From the NCBI GenBank assembly GCA_965112735.1, contig OZ218962.1, positions 2,604,001 through 2,668,000 on the forward strand: a stretch of DNA of 64,000 bases, written 5' to 3'. A program made the position numbers and the translations under genes. Of this stretch, positions 25,199 through 37,129 are shown piece by piece; within the stretch, counting starts at the first letter, position 1, and each line of letters begins with the position of its first letter. The notes below the pieces were generated by a model. It saw only the letters and a program-made list of their open reading frames with translations. It did no database searches and was not told the origin of the DNA. This DNA is from Phaeosaccion multiseriatum. Its lineage: Eukaryota; Protista; Ochrophyta, other classes.

Positions 25199-27240
25199 TC
25201 AGACCCCTTCGTCCCTTGCGAGCAGACGGTGGATAGCGTGCAACGAGAGGGCGAAGGTGTCGCTCCCCATCCCGGACACACTCGGGAGCTTCTGCAGCTG
25301 CGAAAGACTCCCTGCCGCCGCCGCTGGTCTGTTGTCACTCCATCTGTAAGCCGGGCTCGCTGGGGAGGCTCGTCCATAGACTGCTGCCACTCGTCCATCA
25401 AAACCCCCTCCCAACTTGAATGCTGGGTCCTCTATTTCAACTCCTCCTCCTCCTGCTGCTCCTCCTCCTCCTGGTGCTCCTGCTCTTGCTCCTCCTCCTC
25501 CTCCTCCTCCTCCTCCTCCTCCTCCTCCTCCTCCTCCTCTTCCTCCTCCTCCTCCTCCTCCTCCTCCTCCTCCTCCTCCTCCTCCTCCTCCTCCTCCTGC
25601 TGCTGCTGCTGCTGGTGCCGCTGCTGCTGCCTCTCCTCCTCGTGTTACTGCGTCGGCTTCTCGGCCTCCTCCTGGCGCTACTGCGGCGGCCTCTCTTCCC
25701 ATGTCTCCCCTTCCCTGGGCAGCAGCGAGTAGAGGGCTCAGGAGAGGAGGCAAAGGGTCCATTATCACCACGGGAACATCGAGGTACCCAAGCGCGTAGA
25801 GCAGAGGCTTGCTCGAGTAGAACCCCGCGAGATTCACCACCACCGCATCGTAGTCGAGCTGTGGGCACGCCATGAGTGTGTTTGTGCGCGACGGATGTAT
25901 GTGTGTGTTTGTGTGTGTGTGTGATGCCCGACGGCGAAGGGAGAAGGAGAGATGAGGAGAGAGCCAGAGGCCCAAGCACAAGGCCTGAGTTACCACCCCG
26001 TCTCCTTCTACCTCCCTCCCTACCTCCTTCCCATCTACCCTCCCACCCTCCATCTCTCCGCCTCTCCCTCCTTCCCTCCCTCCCTCCCTCCCTCCCTCCC
26101 TCCCTCCCACTCCCCCACTCACGTTGGTCAAGGCATCAAGCAACTCGTCCTCGCGGTTGCTGCTCACAATGGTGGCGTCAAGGGCCAGCTCCTGAGCAGT
26201 GCTTAGAATGAGACGCTCTACTTGTTCTCTCGAGCAGCTGTGCGGAGTCCGCCGATTGTATCCCGTCAGTCGACCTGCAAGGAAGCTGTCCGTTGTTGTG
26301 GGAGAAGCGGGCAGGGGGGTCGAGGAACGGGTGGGAAGGGTCCCTTTGAGAACGTAGCAAGGAGAGTGAGAGAAGTGATGAGCTACGGAGAGCCAAGTAG
26401 AGACTTCGCATCGAAGGCAGGCAGAGTTTGGGTACAAAAAACAGAAGTCCTGTCTTTACCACTTGCTCTCGCGTCTCTGCCACTCCAACTCGAACTGCAT
26501 ACTTCACCCCTTCAAACATGGACACAAACAACCCATGAGCATACAAGTACACGCACGCACACTCATACAGACCTGCCAGCTCCGTTCAGACAAAGAACAC
26601 GACGCTGCTTCTGAGAAGAAAAAGACGGAGCAGGATGAGAGAGGGGGGGGGTGGACGCTCCCTCCAGCGCGGTTTCGGTGGTCTCCATAGGCGTCCACCG
26701 GTGGCCTGTTTCGCCACTACCCCCAACTGCTTCATTTCCCGCTTCCCACAGTCTCCCCGAGGCTTCGTGGCCTCCCTCTGCTCTAGAGTGGCGATGATTG
26801 TAGTCTGCCAGCGCTTTTGTCCAATCCACTCCTTTCGAAGAGCCTTCCGTTCCTTGCGCTCCTCCTGCTCCCCCCCCCCCTGCTCCGTCCGCCGAGTAGC
26901 TTTCATGCAGTCTCTCAGTAGCTTCATCAGGGTCTCTTCCCAAAGGCCCAACAAACGCCTCGACTTCTGCGTTCAGTTCCGCGAGGTCTTCGTCGCTAAT
27001 GACCTCACACCTCCCTCTCTCCCCTTTCCCTTCTCTTCTTATACCTCCCGAGGTACCTTTGCCTCCTCCTCCAGCTCCTACGCGTCCTCCCACCACGGTC
27101 CTCTGTGAGCCCTGGCCCAGACTCCAAAAAGAGGGAGAGGAAGGTGCGCCTCTACAACGCCTTGCTGGTTTACGGCGACCACAGGCACAGCCTCCAAGAG
27201 AAGAGACCCGAGGACGCATATGGCCTACCCTTTGAAGCAT
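25199..27240 (-). CDS. Divergent type-II 3-dehydroquinate dehydratase (AroQ)-fold protein, probably non-catalytic, multi-exon
   Basis: Spliced product RVLCLNG...SREQVERLILSTAQELALDATIVSSNREDELLDALTN|LDYDAVVVNLAGFYSSKPLLYALGYLDVPVVIMD...VSGMGSDTFALSLHAI follows the DHQase II pattern (ILVLNG; QSNHEGELID; GIIINP; PVIEVH; IAGFG..GY.LAL). Arg-rich N-terminus; start uncertain. Confidence 0.6.
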
Positions 27241-27392
27241 TTTGGGGCTTGATCCTGCTTGAATGCAATGTAATGCAGCCAAGCCATATGCAAGACCTCG
27301 GCATCCAGGGCCATTCACAAATGGGGTATGATTTGAATCTGTGGAATCTTTATCTTTTAAACAGCAGCAGCAGCAGCAGCAGCAGCGAGAGG

Positions 27393-29495
27393 ATGTCTTG
27401 TAGGCGAAGGAGGATTGGAAGAAAGGTGCAAACGTGGTATGAGAAGAGAACTGAGCAGGAAGCTTCGGGCTGGGGCAGCAGCAAGGAAGACCTCCTGCTC
27501 TTGCTCAAGGCCGTCCTCTGCACGGTCGATGTCCAGAAGCTAAAGACGAACGGATATGGTCCGCTGCACTACCTCGCCGATGCTGAGAAGAGCAAGGAGG
27601 CACGCTGCTCGGAGGTGAAGGGTACGAGGATGCTGGAGGCTGTCAAGCTCCTGAAGGAGTGCGGTCTAAACCTTGACACCAAACGAAGCATGTATTGCCC
27701 TGGCGAGACTGCTCTCCACGAAGCTGCATGGATGGGGAACTTTGACTTGGTGAAGGGACTAGTGGAGGCGGGTGCGAATGTCAACATCAAGAGTGATGCC
27801 GGACGGACACCTCTAACCCTTGCGGCTCTGGCCGGCCAGCCCATGATAGTCTGGTACTTGTTGAAGCATGGAGCCAAATGGGAGGAAAGCTACGCCTTGC
27901 ATTGGGCTGCTACTTATGGAAGGCCTGTGTGTGTGAAGATGCTGCTGAAGGCTGGGGCCAACCTTTCTGAGAAGGATGAGGATGGTGACATGCCCGCCCA
28001 GTGCTGCTTCAAAGGGAAAGGGACGGGCGAGGGGGAAGAAGGCTCACCAACCGAGCGGGCCGAGGCTCTGTCGATGTTGCTCAAGAAAGGCGCAGATGTG
28101 CAGGTGAAGGACGAAGATGGCAACACTCTTCTGCACCTTGCCGTGTCACACGGAAATGAGCATTGCATCCCCATTCTTGTGGGTAGAGGGCTGCAGGTCG
28201 ATGCAACGAACGGGACTTTGAACACCCCGCTCCACTTGGCCTCTAACAATGGACACTTGGGATGTGTGAGGGAGCTCATTCGCCGCGGTGCACCTCTTGA
28301 TGCTGTGAACTCATATGGCAGCACTCCCCTCCTGCTCGCTGTCGGCAAAAGCCACGTGAAGGTTGTCACCGAGCTGATCGACGCGGATGCCTCTGTTCAC
28401 ATCAAGGACAAGAATTCGATCACCGCACTACATATCGCGGCCGCCCTGGGCAGCATGGAGCTGGTGTACCCCCTGGTGGAGGCTGACGCTTCGGTCGATG
28501 CCCTCACCGATGATGGCGAGAGTCCTTTGGTATCGTGCATGCGGCCATCTCAAGGCAAAGTGTCGGAGAAACTGGAGACTTGGGAAATATCACCGGGAGA
28601 AAGGGAGGCGCGTGGGCAGGTGGCTCGGTTCCTGCTGAAGATGGGCGCTGCTGTTGACGAAAGGACCATCGCTGTGGCAGGAGAGGCAGGCTTCGGTGGT
28701 GTCCTTGCCTCATTCTTCCGAACAGGAATAGAGCAGCGTGATGCTGTTACAGACAGGCTGGACACCATCGCTGACCACTTCTCGTCCGTCTCGACTGGCA
28801 CTGAGAACGACACGAGTGATGCTGCAGTACGGGTTCGACTGATGAATAAGCACAGTGGCGAGAAGGGAGAGAAGCAGTACGTCTTGAGTATCCCGTTGGT
28901 GGAGCAGCTGATGGAGAAGGTGAGGGATAGGGGAAGGGGCGGAGGGGGGAAAGAGAGAGCAGGTAAGTCATTGGACAGGGCATCAGCGGCAGGCATTCTC
29001 CCCAATATGCTTAACCCGAGGAAGCATGGCTACAAGGGCGGGGAGAAGAGCAAGGGAAAGGACGAGGGAAAGAGCCAGGGCAAGAAGGAAATCAAAAGCG
29101 TGGAGCTGGAGTACGATGGTGTGGACTTTACCGAGGGGGGCTTCGAGGCTGTGGTGAAGTTTGTGACTACAGGCAGTGTGGAGAAGCGGTTGACGAGGCG
29201 AAAAGGAGAGATAGTCACAGAGGGGGGCGGGAGCAGCAGCGCTCACAGGAGTAGCAGCAGCACGGGAGGAGCAGGGGCGGCGAGTAGCACAGGCACGAAG
29301 AAGAGGGAGCGCGTGAAGCTTTTCGACGACGTTAGAGCGAAGCAGGCTCTGCAGGCAGCGGAATTTTTCTGCTTGGAGGGCATGGCGAGGGAGGTAAAGA
29401 CGCTGATGGGCGAGTACGGCTTCGATCTGGCGCAGAACGAGAACGGGAGGGAGGCACAACAGCCATCCCAGAAGAGGACGAGGACTGGCTGCTGA
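27393..29495 (+). CDS. Intronless ankyrin-repeat protein with a degenerate C-terminal BTB/POZ-like domain (copy B, intact)
   Basis: About 8-9 ankyrin repeats (GETALHEAA, GRTPLTLAA, GNTLLHLAV, NTPLHLAS, GSTPLLLAV, TALHIAA). C-terminus has ILPNML..VELEYDGVDFTEGGFEAVVKFVTTG...QALQAAEFFCLEGM, resembling BTB (F..LL.FLYTG...LL.AA.FF.L..L). Confidence 0.82.
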   Translation: MSCRRRRIGRKVQTWYEKRTEQEASGWGSSKEDLLLLLKAVLCTVDVQKLKTNGYGPLHYLADAEKSKEARCSEVKGTRMLEAVKLLKECGLNLDTKRSMYCPGETALHEAAWMGNFDLVKGLVEAGANVNIKSDAGRTPLTLAALAGQPMIVWYLLKHGAKWEESYALHWAATYGRPVCVKMLLKAGANLSEKDEDGDMPAQCCFKGKGTGEGEEGSPTERAEALSMLLKKGADVQVKDEDGNTLLHLAVSHGNEHCIPILVGRGLQVDATNGTLNTPLHLASNNGHLGCVRELIRRGAPLDAVNSYGSTPLLLAVGKSHVKVVTELIDADASVHIKDKNSITALHIAAALGSMELVYPLVEADASVDALTDDGESPLVSCMRPSQGKVSEKLETWEISPGEREARGQVARFLLKMGAAVDERTIAVAGEAGFGGVLASFFRTGIEQRDAVTDRLDTIADHFSSVSTGTENDTSDAAVRVRLMNKHSGEKGEKQYVLSIPLVEQLMEKVRDRGRGGGGKERAGKSLDRASAAGILPNMLNPRKHGYKGGEKSKGKDEGKSQGKKEIKSVELEYDGVDFTEGGFEAVVKFVTTGSVEKRLTRRKGEIVTEGGGSSSAHRSSSSTGGAGAASSTGTKKRERVKLFDDVRAKQALQAAEFFCLEGMAREVKTLMGEYGFDLAQNENGREAQQPSQKRTRTGC

Positions 29496-29811
29496 CTGAG
29501 AGCGTGGCCAAAGCAGCAGTTGCAGCATTGTCTTTTACCACAGATACTCTCGCTTGATCACGCCCGTTAAGTACTTTTTATTTGTCAATTAATTGTTTCA
29601 CAAAGAGAAAACAACGCCCCGCTCTATGTCTTGTCTCTTCTACTTCCGCGAAGCGCAGCAGAGACTTGTCGTATGTGATGTTATGTACATGTGCTTCGAA
29701 ACACTGTGCGTGTTGTAGAAGGGGGGGGGGGCAGCGCGGGCGATGGCACCACTCATTTGATACGCACTGCTACTGCCCTTGCTGCTGTTGCTGCTGCTAC
29801 TGCTGCTGTTG

Positions 29812-32800
29812 CTAATAGGGTAGGGGCAGGAAGAATTGCAGGACGGGGTCCTTGGCCCTCCCCCCACCCGCCTCGCGTAGAGCCCAGTACCGCACTCGCA
29901 AGCACGGGACACCCTCCCCTCCACCCGACTCGCCACCGCTTACGGAAGCTGCTGCTTCTGCTCCTGCTCCTGCGGCTGCTGCCGTGTTAGCTCCGCCTCC
30001 TCCCCCGCCGCTCGAAGTTTTGCTCTGCGACGAGTTGCTCTCCTCGCTCATGACTGTAACCGCAAATCAAAAGGGGGGAATAAGGGTATAAATAGGTCAT
30101 GGGGGGGCGGGAGATGAGTTGAGGTCATGGGCCAAGCCCTATCTCTACCTCCCCGGAGCCAGCAGACCCCCCCACACACACGCAGCCAGCAGACCCCCCC
30201 ACACACACACACACGCACGCACGCGCACGCACATACAGGGGGTGCCCCTTGCGCTGTCGGCACAAGTGTGACGCACAACCCCGAGACTCCACACAGCAAG
30301 GCAAGACTGGCTACGAGGAGCCTCAGGTAGCCTGGCTACTTCGACTTCACATGGGACCCCAACCCTGACCCTGACCCCGACCCGTAACCCTGCAACTGCC
30401 CCGGACCATCGACCCTGACCGTAGCCCTGATCCCCGGTCTTCGTCTCCTCCACCAAACTTACAGGCCGGGGTGATCTTGATGGCAAAGAGGGCGTTGAGG
30501 GCCTTTGTTGGGCAAAGGACGAAATCCTCCACCCCAACCTCAACCACTTGTGCCGCAGGGTCCAGTTCAGGCATGTCTTCATCGGGCACGCCCTCTGTGC
30601 GCGTGGGATAGGTAGACGCGTCGTCGGGAGGGGGAGGAGGAGGAGGAGGGAGAGAGCAGGAAAACACATGGGACGGTGGGTGGATGGCATCAGTGCTCAC
30701 GAGCTGACAAAGCTCAAGCGATTGGTGTATTGGAGTCTCTGGAGACGAAGATGGGTGCGAGGAAGGGAAGGATGAGTTGGGACTCAGGAGCGTGTGTGCA
30801 TGGGGGATGGAGGGAGGGATGCAGTGGGCGAGTACGTGGGTGCGTGCGTGGGGGAGAGAGTGTATGAGAAGGGAGCCGCAGGCATTCGGCGGTCCCACCA
30901 GTCAAGATGTCTCCCAACGGCCTTCCTGCCTCACTCTGACTGTCGCCCCTACCTTCTTCTGCCACCCGCAGAGCATAAGCTTCGGGCCGGTCGCCGAGGA
31001 CTGAACTCGAAGCAAGGCCACCGACGCAGAAAGGAGGAAGGGGAGGAAGGAACGGAGGGAGGGACAGGAGCAGAAGGGAGGGAGGAAGTGAGGGATTGCG
31101 GTCGCACGGAAGTTGGGAACGAGGAAGGGAAAGGAAGACAGGAGTGTATAACAAAAGAAACGGGACGAGAGACGAACGCAAAACACCAAAAAAACAAAAC
31201 ACACCACGAAGGAGTGGACATGGATAGTTTGTATGTAGCACCGCGATCTTCAGAATAGCAGCTACGGGGTAAAGAGCCGCCACTGTACACACACTGAATG
31301 CTTCCTTCTCTCTGCCACGCAAACACAAGGTGCTGTCAGACGCTAACCATATTTCTACGGCCGCCCGACAGGCAAGCAAGGCAAGAGCCGTTTAGAGTTC
31401 GTTGCTCCTGCCGCTTCCTTCCGTGGGTCAGTGTTAACCCCATCTCTCAGCTCTCAGCCAGGCGGTGGGGGTATATACCATGCCACCACAGACAAAAAGA
31501 CGACACCCACATCCACACCCACATGGAAAAGAGACATTGAGTTAAGAGACAAATGTCCACTGCCGCACACACCGCATACAGCCAAGCAGCTGTGTACATT
31601 GCGAGTCACACACCCCGAGAAACAAACCCCCAAGCGCAGTAAGAAAAGGGCTTCCGCCTTCCGTTCCATGACTTACTCACTCACTCACCCACTCACTCAC
31701 TCACTCACTCACCTTCTCGTCCGCGTGATTCCCTCATGAGAGCCACGATGAAGTGCATTGCCGATCCTTTGACGGGCTCCACCTGCAGCGGAGGGATGGG
31801 GCTCCCTGTTCTACTCACCCCACCTGCAGCACCACTACCCCCTCCTCCTGCTCCTGCTCCTACCGCTGCTGCTGCCGCTGCTGCCGCTGCTACCGCCAAC
31901 GCTGTAGCCCCCACCGCTGGTACTCCAACTCCTCCTCCTGCACTGGTGTCGGTGCCAATCGAGCTCACCCTCGAGATTGCTGGCGCCACCCCGTCTCCTC
32001 CAATGCCCTGCTGCTGTACATGCAACACCTGCTGCTGCAGCTTCTGCGCGATGAGCTTCTCCTTCTCCGCCTTTGCTTCGGACGACACGAGGAGAGCCGC
32101 TGAGTGAGCGTCAAGCCCCCCGCCCACCGCCCCTGCATCGTCTACTGCACCCCCTCCTTCTCCTCCTTCTCCTCCTCCTTCCCCTCCTCCTTTTTCCGAT
32201 GCTGCTCCTACTGCTGCTGCTCCTGCTGCTACCACTGGATCGGCCGAGGCACCCCCGCCAGTCCCTGCCCCCCCCTCGGCCGTACCCACACCCACACCAT
32301 CACCGCCTCCTCTTCCCGCAGTAGCGGTGGTCGATGTGGAGAGAGAGAGAGGGCGGGTTGCGGTAACGCTCGACCGCGAAGACTCGTTGCTGCCATCCAT
32401 GCTAGCCTCCCATCCTCCATGCTGCTGCTGCTGCTGCTGCTGCTGCGGCTGCTGCTGTCGAGGCGGCGTAGATTGGAAGGTAGACTGGCTATTCGCAGCA
32501 ATACCACAGGGGCTCACATCAGCAACACCACCATAGGGGCTGACCCCTCCATTAGACGAGGCGGTGTCTCCCACTGCCAGACCTACTCGCCCGGTCGCTA
32601 CCGCCGCTGCCGCTGCTGCTGCCATTGACACGGCCGTCGGAGACGAAACCATGACGTGTGCAAGCGCCGCTGGTGAAGCCGCCAGTCGATCCAGGAGCCC
32701 AGAGTTCCCCGCACCCACACCCCCTCTTTCGACCTCTCGGGGTGAAAACATGGCCATCCTCGCCGCCTCTGCCGCCATCACGTTCGCCAGTGCGACTGCC

Positions 32801-34082
32801 CCTGCGGCCGTGGCTGTGGCGGTGGCTGTGGCGGTGGCCTCTTGCGCCTTTTCTTCTTCCTCCCTCTTGACAGTCTGCAGTGCGCCCGTCAGTAAGCTCT
32901 CCTTCGCTTGGACTTGTTCGGAAATAGCCTCTACAGGCTCCCGAACAAAAAGAGACGCCCCCATGCCCTCTTCTCGCCCGCCGCCACCAAAGCTCTTTGC
33001 CAATGCTGATGCTGATGTGGGTGTCGATCTGATGATGTGCGTCCCCCCGGGGGACAGCAGCAGCGGAGCATCCCCGTCCTCGAAATCATCATCATCGTCA
33101 TCCTCCTCCTCCTCCTCCTGCTCCTCCTGCTCCTCCTGCTCCTCTTGGTTCACAGTGCTGGTTCCGCTGGGCCGTCTGATGCCGTCTTCTCCTTCTTCAC
33201 CCGCCCCACTCTCGCCACCCCCGTCGAGCAGAGCTCCACGCATCGGCTGCCTGTCTCGGTCCTCCCCCCCCTGGGGCTTCAAGCCGTCCCATGACTGTTC
33301 TTCTTCTTGCTGTTGTTGCTCCTCTTGCTGGTGCTGTTGACTACTACTACGGCCAGTAGTGTTGCTGCTGCCCCCCATGCTACTGCCGCTTCTGCTGCGT
33401 CCCTTATGGTCCAGCACGAGCGGCGCCAAGCCCTGACCGATCCCGCTGCCGCCGCTGCTCCCTGCCCCCGGGTAAAGGAGCCCGTTAGCACCGCCGCTAA
33501 AGTTGGTGCGTATGGATGGGCCGGTAGGCTCTGTGAGCTCCGAGTCTCGAAAGAAGTCAGTGGGGGAGTCGCCATAGGAGCTGACCGGCGTCGTGTCCAT
33601 GAGCTCCTCCACGAACATCTGGTGTTGGGGGTTTGTTTCAGTGTTCGATGGTTTCATTTGTTTATTGTGTGTGTGTGGTGGGGAGAGGGGGATAACGCAG
33701 TGTCCGGATCAGGGCCGGTCGGAGGTGCATCCACTCAGCAACTCTGTTATACACTCCCTCAACCCCATCCCACCCCTCCACCGATCCACGCCCCATTCAG
33801 ATCATTCAGCATCACTTCACTTCACCTTCTTACCTGCTCTCCGGCAATCTCATTGCTATCGCTGCTGAATCGCAGTGCGTCGATGCCCCGTCTGATGTCG
33901 GAGAGGTTGACCCGCTCCCCCGTGCTGACCTTCTTCATGAGGGGTTCAGGAGGCAAAAAGCTTCTTTAGAAACGAAAGCAACTCTCTCCTTGCGCACACA
34001 CCGGCGGGGAACGGCCGCTGATGAATAGTAGTGACTTGCTGGATCGATGCCTTTTGTCGATGGCCCGTTCTCGGGCTACCAT
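29812..34082 (-). CDS. Multi-exon hypothetical protein with a large low-complexity/disordered exon (~31714-33620)
   Basis: Phase-compatible GT-AG exons: MVARERAIDKR..SR|RSFLPPEPLMKKVSTGERVNLSDIRRGIDALRF..EQ|MFVEELMD... The 3' exons (e.g. VEVGVEDFVLCPTKALNALFAIKITP; VPCLRVRYWAL..PVLQFFLPLPY*) are less certain. No family recognised. Confidence 0.42.
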
Positions 34083-34722
34083 TTTGTCATCCGAGCCGCG
34101 TCCACCCGTCTTGCCTGGGCCCTAACTCCCTCTACCGCCCCATGCGCCTACATGCAGGGCTCTATGTAGCCTCGCAACTGGGCCCTGGACCTTCCTCCTA
34201 GTTAGGTCTTCTCTATCTCACCCGGCCCTAACCCTCCCCCCCAGCCCAGCCAGGAGAAGAAAGCACCACAAAACGGGGCGCATGACCGAACCCCACCCCA
34301 GGAATTGTCTACTGGTAGCCCACGCCACGCCAGAGCAGGGTTCCTATCAGAGAGCAGAGGTGCCAGACGAGAGTCCGCCTTGGGGAGAAGCAGGGGCCTC
34401 TGCAATTTGCGCTCCGGGCCTCAGCACAGCTTTTAAAGTGGGGGGGGGGGGGGGATTCGGTTGGGATCGGATCGGGTGGGATTCGTGGGGCGCGGGGCAT
34501 AAATCCACACTGAAACTCAAAATCCCCTCCGGCACTCGAACCACCACGCTTGGCGCGAAGATCACACACCTTTTTTTTCTTCCCGCCTGTCCAAGTTCCT
34601 TTGCTAGTATTGTGATAGACTCCTCCTGCTGCTCCTTCTCGGTGCCGGACGTGGTCTTCTGTTTGCGGTGTTGGCTTCTCTTTATTCCAAAAGAGTTGGC
34701 GGTTTGAGCGGAGAGAGGCAGG

Positions 34723-37075
34723 ATGGAAAGCACGTTGACTCTTCGGGGCAAGGGCAAAGGAAGCAGCAGCAGCAGCAATAGCAACAGAAGTAGCAGCAGC
34801 AACAGTAGCAAATCCATCTTCTCGGGGGTGGTGGCGTTCATCGACGTGCGGACGGATGATGAGGTGAGTTCAAAAGTCAGGAGGTCATCAACCGCAGCAA
34901 TGGAGGAGATGTGGGAGAGAAGACGAAGAAGTGGCCATTGCGTTACTTCCTGCCCTTCCTCGTCTCCCGCACCCACCTCTCATCAACCCTTCTCCTCCTA
35001 GGTGGACGTCTCGAGCAACTACGGGATGAAGCTCACAAAGCACGGGGGCAAGTATCGAAAGAAGCTAAAGCCCATGGATAACATCACGCATATTGTTTGG
35101 AAACATGGGGATGTGCAGGCCGCTCAGGCGGGTGTTGACAACGGAAAGGTAGGGAAAGCGGATGGGAAACTCGAAGGGAGAATGGCGGGACTGGGGAGGG
35201 GCGGGGGAGGGGGAGGGTGCGGGGGGGAGACTGGAAGAGGAGCAAGCGCAATTCGCTTCAAGAGAGCGGCCGCCATTCCATGTGTCTGGCATCTCTCTAT
35301 GTGTATGCCTCTTCTGATACGCCCCTCCCCCAATCGCTAATATGACGCCTGCGCGCCCGTGCCCTTATCATCCGACTCTGTTGCTCCCCTCTCAATGACT
35401 GTACAGGTCCTTGCGAGTGCTCAGTGGATTGACGAGAGTATAAAGGTGCGCATAGGATGAATGACATAGATTGTGCCACTTTTTCCTTTCTCTTCAGCGC
35501 CCCCCCCCCCACCCCGCCCGTAGCATGACTTCCACTATTTTGTTGTTCGTAATGCATGGACTGGTCTTCCCCACCTTCAATGGGCGCACAGGCGGGAAAG
35601 TGTCTCCCCACAGACGCTTACTTTCCCCCGGACTTCGACGCCACAGCCTCCACCAGCCTTGCCTGCATCTACAACGGAGGCGGCAGGAGCAGCGGCAGGA
35701 GAAAGAGCATGGCGACGGCACCGCTCAGTGAAGCAGACCTCAATACCGTCAGCAGTAAGAGAAAGAAGAGCAGCGCCGGTGCGAAGCAGGCAGTAGCAGC
35801 AGCAGAAGAAGACGAACCAACGGGGACGCAGACGGAGGCCATCGACTCCGACGACGATGACGAGGGAGGGGGTGTGCCTCTAGATGGAGGCCGTTCACTC
35901 GTATTGGATCGGTCCCGCAAGACTCCGGGGGGCGCAGGGTCGTCGCGGGCAGCAACATCAACGACAACGGCAAAGGGCAAGGGTAAGGGCAAGGCAAAGA
36001 CCACTAGAAAGACGCCCGCAAGCGGCAAAGGGCGGCCCAGGATGACGCCAGCGACTGCCAAGACCGCCACTCCGAGCACGCGTGGAGGCGGTGACGACTC
36101 CGACGACGATTCCGACGGCGGCGAAAGCACCCCGGACGATGTGACAATGCTGGAGGCTTCTGTGGACTCCACTGAGGGAGGCGAGGCGGTTGGGACGAGG
36201 GCTGCAGGCGGGGCTGCGGGCGGCGGCAGAATGGTTGGGGGGGCCGATGTGTACAATGACGACAGTAGCCAGGACGATGGCCTAGGGCCGAGTGCGGGCA
36301 ATGCTGGGAACGAGCAAGTACAGGAGGAGGAAGAAGAGGGCGAGGAGGGGCAGGATGGAGGCACAAGGACTACTACCCCCTTCAGCAGCAGGAGGAATCC
36401 TGAATGGCTCAGAAAAGGCATGTCCGAAGGAGCAAGGGGTGGAGGAACCAACGGGGCCGGGGTGCCTTCCGGTGGCAGAACAGGCGGTGGTGTCCACAGC
36501 AGCGGCAGCAGCAACAGCAGTGGGCGCTTCAACTACGAAGGCGGCTACAACACGACTCCGCCCACTGCGGCTACTGTTGTTTCGTCCACGCAAAAGAGCA
36601 TCGCCACATACGGGAGCAAGACTAGGGGAGCGGGGAAGGGGGGGGAGCCAGCAGCGGGCGAGGCCGAAGAAGGAAATGAGGAAGAGAGAGAAGTTCCGAG
36701 CAATAGCAATGGTGATGGTGCTCAAAAGAGCGGCGATGATCGTGCGTTGTTTGCCTCTCCTCCTTCAGCGGCCGGGAAGGCGCCCAGCCCACGTGCGACT
36801 ATAGCAGCCGAGCCGGAGACCGGGGCTGAAGAGGGGGACGAGGGGGGAGACGACGAAAGTAGGGAGGCGGAAGAGGAGGCGGGGGAGCAAGACGCTGGAG
36901 ATGGAGGAGAAAGGCGAGGGGAGGGGAAAGAGAAGGGGAAGGCCAAAGGCAATGGTGGGAGGGCGAGGAGCAGGGTGACGAGTTCCCGCGCTTCGCCCTT
37001 GGAGACGCATGAACGAATAGCCTTGATCGGCGGAGAAGAAGATAAGGATGAAGGGGGGAGAGGGGCCGAGCCAGC

Positions 37076-37129
<54 letters not shown>

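Noticed and set aside
27105-27392. N-terminal extension of the ankyrin ORF (likewise 20012-20131 for FNIP2)
   Set aside because: These are GTG starts overlapping a divergent gene or promoter; paralog alignment begins at the later ATGs.
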